This document shows positions 36,701 to 50,500 of a stretch of DNA of 64,000 nt, piece after piece. A model generated the notes under the pieces. The model was not told where the DNA came from and did no database searches. It saw only the letters and a list, made by a program, of their open reading frames with translations. How positions within the stretch are numbered: position 1 is the first letter of the stretch; each line of letters opens with the position of its first letter. Source of the DNA: Macrostomum lignano. Lineage: Eukaryota. A program made the position numbers and the translations under genes. Location of the stretch: the NCBI GenBank assembly GCA_002269645.1, contig NIVC01000041.1, positions 186,001 through 250,000 on the forward strand. Reading direction: 5' to 3'.

Positions 36701-38415
36701 CGGTGTTCTGGGTGTCCGGCTTCTACTTTACCCAGGCCTTCCTGACCGGAGTGCAGCAGAACTTTGCCAGAAAGTACACCATCCCAATCGACTTGCTGGC
36801 ATTCGACTTCGAGATAATGGATGACAAGCAATACGACACGGAGCCGGAGGATGGTAAGGGCGGATTCTTTAGGGAATTTTAACTCAATGCACACCCAATC
36901 AGCGACAAAATAAGGTGGGCAAGCAAACAAGCCTTCAGTCAATTTTTGAGTTAGACGCGTTATCAGCTGAACTCCGCATTTGCAGACCAACTATGTGGGA
37001 AAGAATTATTTTGGGGTTCACCAGAAACAATATGCAGATTTTTGCTCATGAAGACTCAAACCCAACTGGAGGCGTGTTTTACGTTCCTGACTATTGAGCT
37101 CCAGGAGTCTGTGTTTAATAATTACCTGAGGCTGTGGGTCGGCTGTCGTCAGTACCTGTGCACAGCCCCATTGGAAACTAACTAAACCTCCGATCGACAC
37201 AACCAACAGGTGCCTACGTTCAAGGACTCTTTGTTGTTGGCGCCAGATGGGACAGGCAGCGCAAGCAGCTGGCCGAGTCAACACCGAAAGTGCTGCACGA
37301 CACGGTGCCGACGGTGAGTGCGATTGTTCAAGTCTGATTTAGTCTAGTGCAACAGGTATGACGGAATTAAGCACCTAGATATAGATCCTGCAACCAATTC
37401 TAGATTAGTGCAACAGGTGTGACAGAATTAAACACATAGATCTTGATCCTGCAACCAACACCTAGATTAGTCTAACAGGTGTGACGGAAGATAAACACAT
37501 AGCTATCTTGATCCTGCAACCAACACCTAGATTAGTCTAACAGGTGTGACGGAAGATAAACACATAGCTATCTTGATCCTGCAACCAACATCTAGATTAG
37601 TCCAACAGGTGTGACGGAAGATAAACACATAGATCTAGATCCTGCAACCAACATCTAGATTAGTCCAACAGGTGTGACGGAAGATAAACACATAGATCTA
37701 GATCCTGCAGCCAAACCCCTAGATTAATTAGTGCAACAGGTGTGACAGAAATAAACATCTAGATCTAGATCCTGCAGCCAAACCCCTAGATTAATTAGTG
37801 CAAAAGATGTGACAGAATTAAACATCTATATCTAGATCCTGCAGCCAAACCCCTAGATTAATTAGTGCAACAGGTGTGACAGAATTAAACATCTATATCT
37901 AGATCCTGCAGCCAAACCCCTAGATTAATTAGTGCAACAGGTGTGACAGACTTAAACATCTATATCTAGATCCTGCAGCCAAACCCCTAGATTAATTAGT
38001 GCAACAGGTGTGACAGACTTAAACATCTAGATCTAGATCCTGCAGCCAAACCCCTAGATTAATTAGTGCAACAGGTGACAGAATTAAACATCTATATCTT
38101 GATCCTGCAACCAAAACCCTAGATTAGTGCAACAGGTGTGACGGAGGTTATCACTTGTCCTGCAACGCCCCGAATCCTAAAACCAAAACCAATTTCTCAA
38201 CACCGCAGGTGTGGCTGAAACCGGCGAAGCGCTCGGACATAGACCCGGGCAGCAGCTACCACTGTCCAATCTACAAAACCTCCGAGCGTCGCGGTGTCCT
38301 CTCCACCACAGGCCACTCAACCAACTACGTGATGGCCATGACCATTCCAACCGACAAGCCGCAGTCCCACTGGATTATGCGAGGAGTGGCGCTTATCTGC
38401 CAACTGGACGAATGA
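21751..38415 (+). CDS. DNAH7: Axonemal inner-arm dynein heavy chain, DNAH7-like, ~4010 codons after correcting ~16 single-base deletions; 14 exons
   Basis: Exons: 21751-21940, 22265-22367, 22448-22556, 22632-23011, 23523-23642, 23727-23910, 24008-27120, 27216-27777, 27860-34101, 34263-34400, 35614-35997, 36676-36853, 37210-37313, 38209-38415. N-terminal [22 protein letters not shown] is typical of DNAH7. P-loops [26 protein letters not shown] and GVGGSGRQS are present, and the C-terminus ends [15 protein letters not shown]. Exon sum 12014 nt plus 16 restored bases gives 12030 nt, divisible by 3. Confidence 0.9.
36132..36456 (+). mobile_element. Full-length tRNA-derived SINE (~325 bp) in DNAH7 intron 11
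   Basis: tRNA-like head with an A-box-like TAGCCTATAGTGG and B-box-like GGTTCGATTTC (36188-36198), and a 3' AATAAAAG. A 13-bp direct repeat AGGGATAGAAGAA at 36119-36131 and 36457-36469 serves as TSD. The body recurs at 56631-56812. Confidence 0.7.
37335..38145. repeat. ~60-bp minisatellite filling DNAH7 intron 13
   Basis: Tandem units containing GATCCTGCAACC...CTAGATTAGT.CAACAGGTGTGAC. Confidence 0.92.
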
Positions 38416-39349
38416 AAATTTACACGTTTCCATGCGGTTGCTACACTGGGGGGATTTAACATGTTTTTTACTTGGTACTTGTAGATTCCGGCTTTTCTCT
38501 GTTTTTTTTCTTGTTATTTTTTGTCTGTTAACTGCCAAAGGAGCTCAAAAAAACCAGCAGAGACTAATATATGGATTGCACAAGATTTCCAATTCCTGAA
38601 CCCACAAGAAAACTCTCCATTCCCATTGGAACTTTTAACAGCATCAATTGGCGCGCCTAATGATAAATTCACACTTTTAACGGAACCCCCTTCACTGTGT
38701 TTGGCTTCACTGATAAAAAATTGATTGGCCCTCTTCCGTGTATCTCGAAAAGTTTTTTTTACACATTTCTATATGTCTTTTTAACCAGAAATAGAATGTT
38801 CTTTACAGACTACTTATAAAATATGAAGAGCAAATTGTAATATAAAAACATGGTGGATTAAAGTGCTCTACTTTGCTTAGAAAAAGTACTAAAAAGTGTA
38901 CAAGACAATAAAAAATTACACAGAATCGAGTAAATTCTAGCTTACTGTCGGTACAATTTCTGTAAAGGACAGGTGCACTTGACAAAGCTGTACGCTACAC
39001 ATCTCCAAGGTGAATTTATATTTTCCTACTGTAATTTATATTAATTCAACAATATATGCTCTTTGCTTCAGCGAACTAATATTAGATTTCTAATGAATAC
39101 ATATAACTATTATTTTTTTGGTTGCGCTGTTGTCTAAAGAATCGAAATATACTTTTAAAATATTAGATAGCCACCGAGCTAGGTTTTGTTTCCACGAGAC
39201 TCGCCTTCGACTTTAAAATAGAATCTCTTTTCGCGAAATCGTTTTTTACCTAATAATGTGGCTACGAAAATGAATTCCTACTTGATTCTCCAAGCAACTA
39301 GGGCTAGGGGTGAATTCGATTCATTTCATTAGTTTAGTTTAACCTATTC

Positions 39350-42300
39350 AACCAAAGGGGAACCTGTCCAAAAACACCCATAGGGCACCCATTCCAACAA
39401 CCGGGAACCTGTCCAAAAACACCTGTAGGGCACCCATTCCAAACGGGAACCTGTCCAAAAACACCTGTAGGGCACCCATTCCAACAACCGGGAACCTGTC
39501 TAAAAACACCTGTAGGGCACCCATTCCAACAATCAGAAACCTGTCTAAAAACACCTGTAGGGCACCCATTCCAACAACCGGGAACCTGTCCAAAAACACC
39601 CGTAGGGCACCTGTCGAAAATCTACTGTAGGGCACCCATTCTACCAACCGGGAACCTGTCCAAAAACACCCGTAGGGCACCTGTCTTAAAATCTACTGTA
39701 AGGCACCCATTCCAACAACCAGAAACCTGTCCAAAAACACCTGTAGGGCACCCATTCCAACCGGGAACCTGTCCAAAAACACCTGTAGGGCACTCATTCC
39801 AACAACCAGGAACCTGTCCAAAAACACCTGTAGGGCACCCATTCTACCAATCGGGAACCCGTCCAAAAACACCCGTAGGGCACCCATTCCAACAACCGGG
39901 AACCTGTCCAAAAACACCTGTAGGGCACTCATTCCAACAACCGGGAACCTGTCCAAAAACACCTGTAGGGCACCCATTCCAACAACCGGGAACCTGTCCA
40001 AAAACACCTGTAGGGCACCCATTCCAACAACCGGGAACCTGTCTAAAAACACCTGTAGGGCACCCATTCCAACAACCGGGAACCTGTCCAAAAACACCTG
40101 TAGGGCACCCATTCCAACAACCGGGAACCTGTCTAAAAACACCTGTAGGGCACCCATTCCAACAACCGGGAACCTGTCCAAAAACACCTGTAGGGCACTC
40201 ATTCCAACAACCGGGAACCTGTCTAAAAACACCTGTAGGGCACCCATTCCAACAACCGGGAACCTGTCCAAAAACACCTGTAGGGCACCCATTCCAACAA
40301 CCGGGAACCTGTCTAAAAACACCTGTAGGGCACCCATTCCAACAACCGGGAACCTGTCCAAAAACACCTGTAGGGCACCCATTCCAACAACCGGGAACCT
40401 GTCTAAAAACACCTGTAGGGCACCCATTCCAACAACCGGGAACCTGTCCAAAAACACCTGTAGGGCACCCACAGTGTGACCACAGCGCATTTTGAAAATA
40501 ATTGAGCAGGACAAATTTTTTTGAGCAGCAACATTAGGCATTGTTTTTTGGAAAAAAATCGCTTTATGTGAAATAATTAACAAACAGAAAAGAAAAAAAC
40601 TACATTTCTAGTCACAAAAACCTTTAAAAAACTTTTTTGAATCCAGTGATATATTTGTTTAACTTAGACAACAACCCTGTGACACTGACACGATTTTTAT
40701 GTATTTCCAAATTCCAGACTTCCCACTTCACTGCGCCAATTTCAAATCATATTCAAATCAAATCATTCAGTCTCAAATCATGTCTTAACTCAAATTAATA
40801 TAGACGTTAAGTTTTTACTGGTATTATCGTCCAGCGATTCACTTCTTGTTTGTTGATTTCGTTAATCCGCCTTTTGGAGCATCTCCTGTGCCAGATATGT
40901 TTTCTCATTTCGTTGATTACCTTTTGTTCAGAAGCTTCGTTCGTCCTCTTGCTTTTTTTCTTTTCCCGCTCATTGGCCTTCCGACGCTGCATGTTTAGCT
41001 TTTTCTGAAGGCGGTTCATTACTTCTTCACGCTCCTTTGCCTTAGCACGTGCTTCAGCGTTTGCACAGGCATCAAAACTGAGGACCAACAGCGAGCGGTC
41101 AGTGCAAAAATCGGATGGCTCTTTTTCCCTTTAGCCAGGACTTGATGGACAAAGGACAGTCCAGTGTATAATCGGCCAGCTGGTTTCGCTGCTTTGTGAC
41201 ATTGTTGGCAATCCATTTGATGACCCGCTCACTGTCGGCGTTTCTATGCGGTAGGCATAGAAATTCCTCACATGGCAATGCGGCCCAGAACTTCTCCGGT
41301 TCTTTGACTCTAGCGTTCAAAGCATTCAACGCAACTTAATGACCTCCAGTCACAGGTCGTCTAGACGAGCGGGTTCAATTACAGTCGGCATAGCCTTAGC
41401 AATCAGGATGACCGTCTCTTCCAAATTCAATTGGTGATCGAGCAGTTGATGTGGGTCAACAAAGCGCAAGCTCGTAGAAGTTTGCTTTCCAACGGCAGGT
41501 AGGCAAAGAAGCGACTGGTGAGCTCAACATAGAAGTCTCGCACTGCCTTAAAAAGCCCACTCGATCTATTTTGGGCAGGCGGCCAATAGTGGTCCTGATG
41601 TTGGCTCCTCAGCTCAGCGTTGACTAGCTGGTTAGAGTGATCCTTTGCAGCAGTGAAGAGATTGGAGAGTGATGTTGCCGCCTCCACCACGTCAGGACGA
41701 ACAAATCTGAGCAGCATGTCGCTACAAACCTGGTCAAGAGCGGCTGATAGCAGGTTCAACGTTGAACCTGCGTTGCGTAGCTTCACGTTGAACCAACTTC
41801 TCAAAGTTTTTGAGCAGTTAGTGACATTTATTAGTGTATTTCAAAAATAGTTGTGCAATTGAGCAGAAAAATAAAAATAGTGCAAAATACTAAAATAGTG
41901 CAGGTGTGGTCACCATGGGCACCCATTCCAACCGGGAACCTGTCCAAAAACACCTGTAGGGCACCCATTCCAACAACCGGGAACCTGTCCAAAACACCTG
42001 TAGGGCACCCATTCCAACAACCAGAAACCTGTCTAAAAACACCTGTAGGGCACCCATTCCAACAACCGGGAACCTGTCCAAAAACACCCGTAGGGCACCT
42101 GTCGAAAATCTACTGTAGGGCACCCATTCTACCAACCGGGAACCTGTCCAAAAACACCCGTAGGGCACCTGTCTTAAAATCTACTGTAAGGCACCCATTC
42201 CAACAACCAGAAACCTGTCCAAAAACACCTGTAGGGCACCCATTCCAACCGGGAACCTGTCCAAAAACACCTGTAGGGCACTCATTCCAACAACCAGGAA

Positions 42301-43900
42301 CCTGTCCAAAAACACCTGTAGGGCACCCATTCTACCAATCGGGAACCCGTCCAAAAACACCCGTAGGGCACCCATTCCAACAACCGGGAACCTGTCCAAA
42401 AACACCTGTAGGGCACTCATTCCAACAACCGGGAACCTGTCCAAAAACACCTGTAGGGCACCCATTCCAACAACCGGGAACCTGTCCAAAAACACCTGTA
42501 GGGCACCCATTCCAACAACCGGGAACCTGTCTAAAAACACCTGTAGGGCACCCATTCCAACAACCGGGAACCTGTCCAAAAACACCTGTAGGGCACCCAT
42601 TCCAACCGGGAACCTGTCCAAAAACACCTGTAGGGCACCCATTCCAACAACCGGGAACCTGTCCAAAACACCTGTAGGGCACCCATTCCAACAACCGGGA
42701 ACCTGTCCAAAAACACCTGTAGGGCACCCATTCTACCAATCGGGAACCCGTCCAAAAACACCCGTAGGGCACCCATTCCAACCGGGAACCTGTCTAAAAA
42801 CACCCGTAGGGCATCCATTCCAACAACCGGGAACCTGTCCAAAAACACCTGTAGGGCACCCATTCCAACAACCGGGAACCTGTCCAAAAACACCTGTAGG
42901 GCACCCATTCCAACAACCGGGAACCTGTCCAAAAACACCTGTAGGGCACCCATTCCAACCGGGAACCCGTCCAAAAACCACCCGTAGGGCATCCATTCCA
43001 ACAACCGGGAACCTGTCCAAAAACATCCGTAGGGCACCCATTCCAACAACCGGGAACCTGTCCAAAAACACCTGTAGGGCACCCATTCCAAACGGGAACC
43101 TGTCCAAAAACACCCGTAGGGCACCCATTCCAACAACCGGGAACCTGTCCAAAAACACCTGTAGGGCACCCATTCCAACCGGGAACCTGTCCAAAAACAC
43201 CTGTAGGGCACCCATTCCAACAACCGGGAACCTGTCCAAAAACACCCGTAGGGCACCTGTCGAAAATCTACTGTAGGGCACCCATTCTACCAACCGGGAA
43301 CCTGTCCAAAAACACCCGTAGGGCACCTGTCTTAAAATCTACTGTAAGGCACCCATTCCAACAACCAGAAACCTGTCCAAAAACACCTGTAGGGCACCCA
43401 TTCCAAACGGGAACCTGTCCAAAAACACCCGTAGGGCACCCATTCCAACAACCGGGAACCTGTCCAAAAACACCTGTAGGGCACCCATTCCAAACGGGAA
43501 CCTGTCCAAAAACACCCGTAGGGCACCCATTCCAACAACCGGGAACCTGCCCAAAAACACCTGTAGGGCACCCATTCCAACAACCGGGAACCTGTCCAAA
43601 AACACCTGTAGGGCACCCATTCCAACCGGGAACCTGTCTAAAAACACCTGTAGGGCACCCATTCCAAACGGGAACCTGTCCAAAAACACCCGTAGGGCAC
43701 CCATTCCAACAACCGGGAACCTGTCCAAAAACACCTGTAGGGCACCCATTCCAACAACCAGGAACCTGTCCAAAAACACCTGTAGGGCACCCATTCCAAC
43801 AACCAGGAACCTGTCCAAAAACACCTGTAGGGCACCCATTCCAACAACCGGGAACCTGTCCAAAAACACCCGTAGGGCACTCATTCCAACAACCGGGAAC
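39350..43900. repeat. 45-bp minisatellite (GTAGGGCACCCATTCCAACAACCGGGAACCTGTCCAAAAACACCT)n, interrupted by a hAT element, with ~1.0-1.2-kb higher-order units
   Basis: Tandem array. A diagnostic variant block (CGTAGGGCACCTGTCGAAAATCTACTG...) recurs at 39601, 42089 and 43247. Confidence 0.96.
40472..41917 (-). mobile_element. Internally deleted, non-autonomous hAT-superfamily DNA transposon with decayed transposase fragments
   Basis: 8-bp TSD GGCACCCA at 40464-40471 and 41918-41925. Imperfect 13-bp TIRs: CAGTGTGACCACA vs reverse complement of the right end, CATGGTGACCACA. The minus-strand fragment LCLPHRNADSERVIKWIANNVTKQRNQL resembles the hAT C-terminal dimerisation motif (LPHSNA..ER.FS). Confidence 0.78.
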
Positions 43901-44579
43901 GAGCAGTCCTTAAACTAAAAGTAAGCACACATGAATTGACAGACATTTTCGGATCAGTAGGAATATTATGTTTTAAAAATAAACTCACTCAGAGTTCGAG
44001 AATTAAAAAGATGAATTATTTGTATTTTTTACTTGCTCGTACACTTACACGACAGACCAACTGCGAAGGGAGAAACGAGCACCGCTTATTGTACAATAAC
44101 AAACAAGGTCAACGGTTCTTTGCAAAGCCTGGATTAAACTAGACAGATGATTTTACTCTCACTAAGGCTGGCCTGATATGGACAGAAAAAGGCCAAATGG
44201 GATTAGCGACTGGTTTGTGTACGCGCAACATTCGCAAGACCGGGCCGTAAACAGATTACAGAGATCGGTGGGGGGACAGTAGGCAAAGTATTACAAGTTA
44301 TAAAAGCATAAAAATAGTGAAATATTATATACAGGCATACAAGTATGAAAGAGAAATACCCACAAAAAAACTTATTTAATGTATTGTATTAGTTATAATG
44401 GCTGGGCTCATAATTGCGATTTGTAATAGTTAAGGGGATTAATGGACTCAAGTTAGGATTCGTAGCGGTTGGGTTGCATTGTAGATAACTTAGAAGAGGC
44501 TGATTACAGTTACATTTAACTCACTATAGACTGGTACATGATGAAATGTCAAGCGCTTGACAAGGAATATATAGAAACA

Positions 44580-45125
44580 AGTGAACAGACAGACAGACAG
44601 ACAGACATAAGAAAGTTTACGGAGACAGGTAGAAAGTGGACAGCTAGACAGATAGACAGTAGACGAGACAGGTAAGACCATGGACGGAAATAAGTAGATA
44701 GTGCAGACAGATGGTGGAAAGAGTCATGCAGACAGACAGGTACACAGTGGACAGAGTCAGGCAGAAAGACAGGCAGATACACAGTGGACAGAGTCAGACA
44801 GACAGACAGACAGACACTAAGACAGACAGACAGACAGACAGGTACACAGTGGACAGAGTCAGACAGACAGACAGACAGACACTAAGACAGACAGACAGAC
44901 AGACAGACAGGTACACAGTGGACAGAGTCAGACAGACAGACAGACAGACACTAAGACAGACAGACAGACAGACAGACAGGTACACAGTGGACAGAGTCAG
45001 ACAGACAGACAGACAGACACTAAGACAGACAGACAGACAGACAGACAGGTACACAGTGGACAGAGTCAGACAGACAGACAGAGACAGACAGACACAAACA
45101 GGTACACAGTGGACAGAGTCAGGTA
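44580..45125. repeat. Compound (GACA)n microsatellite with ~55-60-bp higher-order unit (GGTACACAGTGGACAGAGTCA spacer)
   Basis: Directly visible. Confidence 0.92.
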
Positions 45126-45595
45126 GATAGTGCAGAGTCAAGAGAAAAACACAAAACCAGAAGAGAGACATGGAAAGAAAGAAGTGAGACTCAGCGAGTA
45201 TTAAAAAATAGATACATTTATTTACAGAAAAAAGAAAAAAAAACTTCGATGCAAAAATACAGTAAAGTTGTCTTGATCAAATCCAAGGACTCCAAGCAAT
45301 TAGAAGCTCAAACGCAAGAGACCCCCGTCCTCACGGGAAGAAGAGGCAGACGCAAAGCTAAAATTTTATTAAAATTCCAAAATTTCAACAATTATTTCGT
45401 GTCAAACGTAGACCAAAGCGTGCACTAAAAATGCAAGCAAAGTATTATAATGCGCGAACGAATACAAAAATATTAAAAGTGCAACTTAGTATTTTAGTAC
45501 AGATAGGCAATCTACACAACAAAACCAACACATTTTGAAACGCATAACCCAAGATTGAAATTTATATTAGAAAAATTCTGTGTTGTATCAACAGT

Positions 45596-47489
45596 TTAAT
45601 CAACGTCGCAGTTGAGCAGCTCGTCTTCCTCTGCGTCGCCGATTTCGCCAACGCCGCCAACGCCAGCCGCGGGTGCCTTCGGACTCGGAACGGTCGCCGA
45701 CTCAACAGGTGGCGATGAAGATTCAGCCATCGCGGCAGTTGCCTCATTGGCTTTCCCAGCCTCCGGATTATCATCGATAGTGATTATCGATCGATCTTTA
45801 TCAGCTGGCTGTTCAGCCTCCTCTTCGATCAGTATTTCTTCATCTTCATTATCTTCATCAGAGCTGACCAGATTGACTACGACAGGCGACCCGGGCTCCT
45901 CGTAGTCCGTCAAGTCTTCTTCATCTTCATCGTCGAATTCTTCTTCATCATCATCATCGTCATCTTCTTCATCATCTTCGTCGTAGTCAGCTTCCTCATC
46001 CTCGGAGCAGATCTCGTCCGGGTGCGCCTCGGCGCCCGGGAACACGTATTTATTCGGCGGGAATCTGGCAAAGGCGCCATCCGGCAGGTAGGCCGACAAA
46101 TTGCAGTCGTCCTCGTGCGGCGTGGCCGAGGCGTCCGATTCAGCGGCTTCTGTTACTGTCGCTACCGCTGCCGACGAGGATGACGGCTCCGAGGAAGACG
46201 AAGGGCCGGGATGTTCAACTTGCCCGGCTGTCGTCGAGCCCGACGTAGAAGCCGAAGCAGCATCGACGGCGGGTTTTTCGGCATCTTTTGCTGCTTTATC
46301 AGACGACTGCTCAGCGGCGGCAGCGTACGCTAGTCGACGCCTCTCTAACAGTTCTTCACCGCGAATTTCTGACAATTGACCGTCGGCCTCGTCGGCGACG
46401 CCTTCCCAGCCGAGCCGGCGGCACAACTCCGCCACAATCCGGTCGCAGTCGCCTAGCAGGCAAACGTCGAAATTGTGCTGATGCAGCGGCTCGCGATTGA
46501 TTAGAATCTGCGGCACTCGGCTTGGCAAACTGCTCGGAATAAGGCTGACTGGTTGTACTTTTAGCGATGACCCGATCACGATCAGCAGATCGGCTTGGCT
46601 CTCATCTTGGCTAATGCAATCGTAGAATTCTACTGGCAGAGATTCGCCAAAGAACACAATATCAGGCTTTAATACGGCAGGATTTGTTGGCGCTGATTCT
46701 GCCGCTGCAGCTGCTGACGAAGTTGACGGACTAGTAGTAGCAGCGGATTCTGCATCATCCTTAGACTTATCAGCTTTATCGCTACTTGAGCACTTGGGAC
46801 ACACTGGTATGCGCTCGTTCATGATATCATCTTTAATGACATCGGAGTCAACCTTGTGCTTGCACCGCATACAGGAAGCTGTGGCAAACGAGCCGTGACA
46901 GTTCAGCACGCGTTGTATGCCGGCCGACCGTTCCAGTGTGTCGATATTCTGCGAATAGTTGCGCAACAGCCGGCCGCGCTCCTCCAAGGCGCGGATAAAT
47001 CGATGCGACGGGCTGGGCTTAAACAGGCCCGGATAAATCTCTTTGGCGAACTTGAAAAACGGCCGCTGATCCTGTCTAAAGTAGCTGATGTCAAACATTG
47101 AATGCGGATCTGGCAGCTCCGGATACTGGGTGGCCAGCCGAGCGTAGATGCCGTCGCGCGACCGGAAATCCGGGATGCCGCAGGAGACGGACACCCCGGC
47201 GCCCGTGAGCACCAGCACGCGCTGACAGGTGTTCAGAAGGACAACAACATCGTCGAGGGTTGATACGTTTTCTAGACGCTTGCGTCTAGTCGGCTCAGTA
47301 ACTAGACGAAGCAGCAGCTGCCAGAGAGCTTCTTCGGGCGCCTGGAAGCCGGACATGTCCGAGCCAATCAGCGAGGTGAGCAGGTCGCGTGGATTCAAGC
47401 CGCGATCGCGCAGGTGCTGAACATATTCAACGTCGCTTCGAGGCATCGCCGGGACCCGGTGGCTGACCCCGACAATCTGACAGTCGTCG

Positions 47490-47521
<32 letters not shown>

Positions 47522-50500
47522 AACCGTTTCGACTTCATTGTCGCCTGCAACTGCCGCCGCCGCCTCCTCGTCGTCGCCTTCGCTGATGACAACCACCGAA
47601 GTCTGCGAGGAGAGTTGGATGGAGCTCTGGGGTTTCTGGCTTAAAGCGATGCTTTAGGAGTGCATTTGCACCCTGGATTAGAGGCCTGTAAGAGTGACTG
47701 GGCCCTGGATTAGAGGCCTGTGATACTGACTGGGCCTGGATTAAAGGCCTTTGATACTGACTGGGCCCTGGAGGCCTGTAAGAGTGACTGGGCCCTGGAT
47801 TAGAGGCCTATAAGAGTGACTGGGCCCTGGATTAGAGGCCTGTGATACTGACTGGGCCCTGGATTAGAGGCCTGTGATAGTGACTGGGCCTGGATTAGAG
47901 GCCTGTGATAGTGACTGGGCCTGGATTAGAGGCCTGTGATAGTGACTGGGCCTGGATTAGAGGCCTGTGATACTGATTGGGCCCTGGATTAGAGGCCTGG
48001 ATTACTGACTGGGCCCTAGATTAGAGGCCTGTGATAGTGACTGGGCCCTGGATTAGAAGCCTGTGATAGTGACTGGGCCTGGATTAGAGGTCTGTGATAC
48101 TTACTGGGCCCTGGATTAGAGGCCTGTGATAGTGACTGGGCCTGGATTAGAGGTCTGTGATACTTACTGGGCCCTGGATTAGAGGCCTGTGATACCTACT
48201 GGGCCCTGGATTAGAGGCCTGTGATAGTGACTGGGCCCTGGATTAGTGGCCTGTGATAGTGACTGGATCTGGGAATATATAGTTTTAGTTTGAACAAAAG
48301 AAGGTTGGTAGAGAAGCGAGCATTTTTTGCTAATTCCTACAATAACACAAAGTCCAAAGTTTTGTCAGGTTACCTCAGACTGGTTTCCAGGCAGTGAAAT
48401 CTTGCTAGGTGACTCCATATTAGTAGAGTTGGCATCTGCTGCCTCTGTTGCTTCATCATTTGCTAATCTTGTATTGGTGACATCATTTTGACCTTCCTTG
48501 TCATTGACTGCCTCTACTGATTCTGACACTGGATGCTCAGCATTGTTGCCATTGTCTTTGTTGTCCCCATTAGTCAGTCTTGGACGCTTGCCTATTTTGT
48601 AATAAAGAAAAGTGCTGTTTAGTTCAAGGTATTAAAGTCACATAAGTAAATAAATAAAGCATCAAAATTAAAACATGTTTATTGTCATTAAATTGTACCA
48701 ACAAACCGAAAACTTTTAATAAAAATTAAAATAAAAACTATAGATATGATTTTCTATCTGATAATAAAAAATATATTGTATCAATAAAACAAGCACTCAT
48801 TGAATTTTCCATATTTGTCACCAAAACATAATTTTGCCATTGAACATCTGTCACAAATATGCAGTGATAGATAGAATTCCAATAGTCTGATACTCCAATA
48901 CTGTTAGCAATACCTTTTGGGCATAGGGAATATTAGAAACTAATAATTATAAATGAAATATTTGCATACTCTTATAAAAAGTAATAACAAATACTTTAGT
49001 TTTAGGTCAAAAAGTATTTTAAAAAAACATTTATTGAATTTATAAAAAATAATTTAATAACTATCATTATAATAATGATTCTATTTTGTATCAATTTTTT
49101 TAGATCAATTATCATGCTGCACATTGCACAATAATGGCATTGTTAATCACTGATTACCACTTGATTATACAATTTCTATAATAGTATAAATATATTATAC
49201 TAGTACTTAACTAATAACAAAGAATTTAGTGAACAATGTATAAATAAACAGCAAAACTAAAAAAGTTTTACTTTTTTGGCAGCTTGCATTATTGCAACCA
49301 AGGTCTAAACCATACTAGATATTCCTTTTTCTCATGCTATGCTAGAAACTGTCTATAATAATGGCTGATTAAATACATCTAAGCTAAGGGATGAAATATG
49401 AAAATGCATTATTTGTAAACTAATAGGCTGTTATACTACTAAAAATGATAATACTAATATTAATATTAGCCAGGACAAAAAAATTGCCTATAATAATTGG
49501 AAAATTAATTTTTAAATATTAGTGCAATTAGGCCCTAATTAATTTTTTTTCTTTTTTAGTTCGTTAAAGGTTTCAAATTAAATTTTTCTTTGCCTTAAAA
49601 ATTAAGAAAAGTTAAAAAATCCTTTAATGATATATTTATATTTGTTAAATATTGCCTTCTACAAATTATTGGCATTTAATAAAGTTATCAAAATTAAGTA
49701 TTAAGGTAAAAATTGAATAGATGATATTTAAATTAAGATATTGACTAACAACTAATAAAATTATAAAATTTCTATTCAGGTATTTATAAAACTATATAGA
49801 AAAACCTATAAAAATGCTTTTAAAATTCAAATATCAAAAACTAGCAAAATTTAATTTGCAGGTTCCCCAATAGATATTCTGCTGACAGATATTTTTTCCT
49901 TCAAAAAGATAATTCAAACAAAAATGAATTCATGTTTTGGGATATATTCTTTACTCTGACACTATATTTAGCTTTAAAAATTTGTAAGCAGATTTTTTCT
50001 GTCCCAAAGGAAAAAACATTGGCATGAATGCAAAGTGTGTCAAAAGATAAATTCATTGGCACCCCTTACAAACACATTTTGGAAACAAATATCTCAGGAA
50101 ATACAAAAGGCAATCATGTGTCTAGGATGTCATTGCAAAGCTGAGACATGCGTCAAGAATTGATAAAAGTTTCAGAGCAAATGATTGAAGCATTGAGATG
50201 CAGCAATAAATCAAAGTTTTGGTTGATCTTTGCCCAATGTTTTTTTCTTTAGGACAGAAAATTTCTGCTTACAAATTTTTAAAGCTGAATATGGCATCAG
50301 AGTAAAGAATGTACTAATGTTCCACCATAGCCATAGCTACAGCTACAGGATCCTATGGCAAATATGGTAAAATAGGTGCCTATTGCAGCTACAGATACGC
50401 CTATGGTAGCTAGCTGCTCTTACAGCTACGACTACAGAATATGGTAGTTGTTGTCAAACTCCGTAGATTTCCATAGCCATAGTTATTAATGTTAAAAAAT

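Noticed and set aside
22243-47644. Numerous antisense and alternative-frame ORFs over DNAH7 and SIRT1
   Set aside because: Expected shadows of GC3-rich coding sequence, with no independent motifs.
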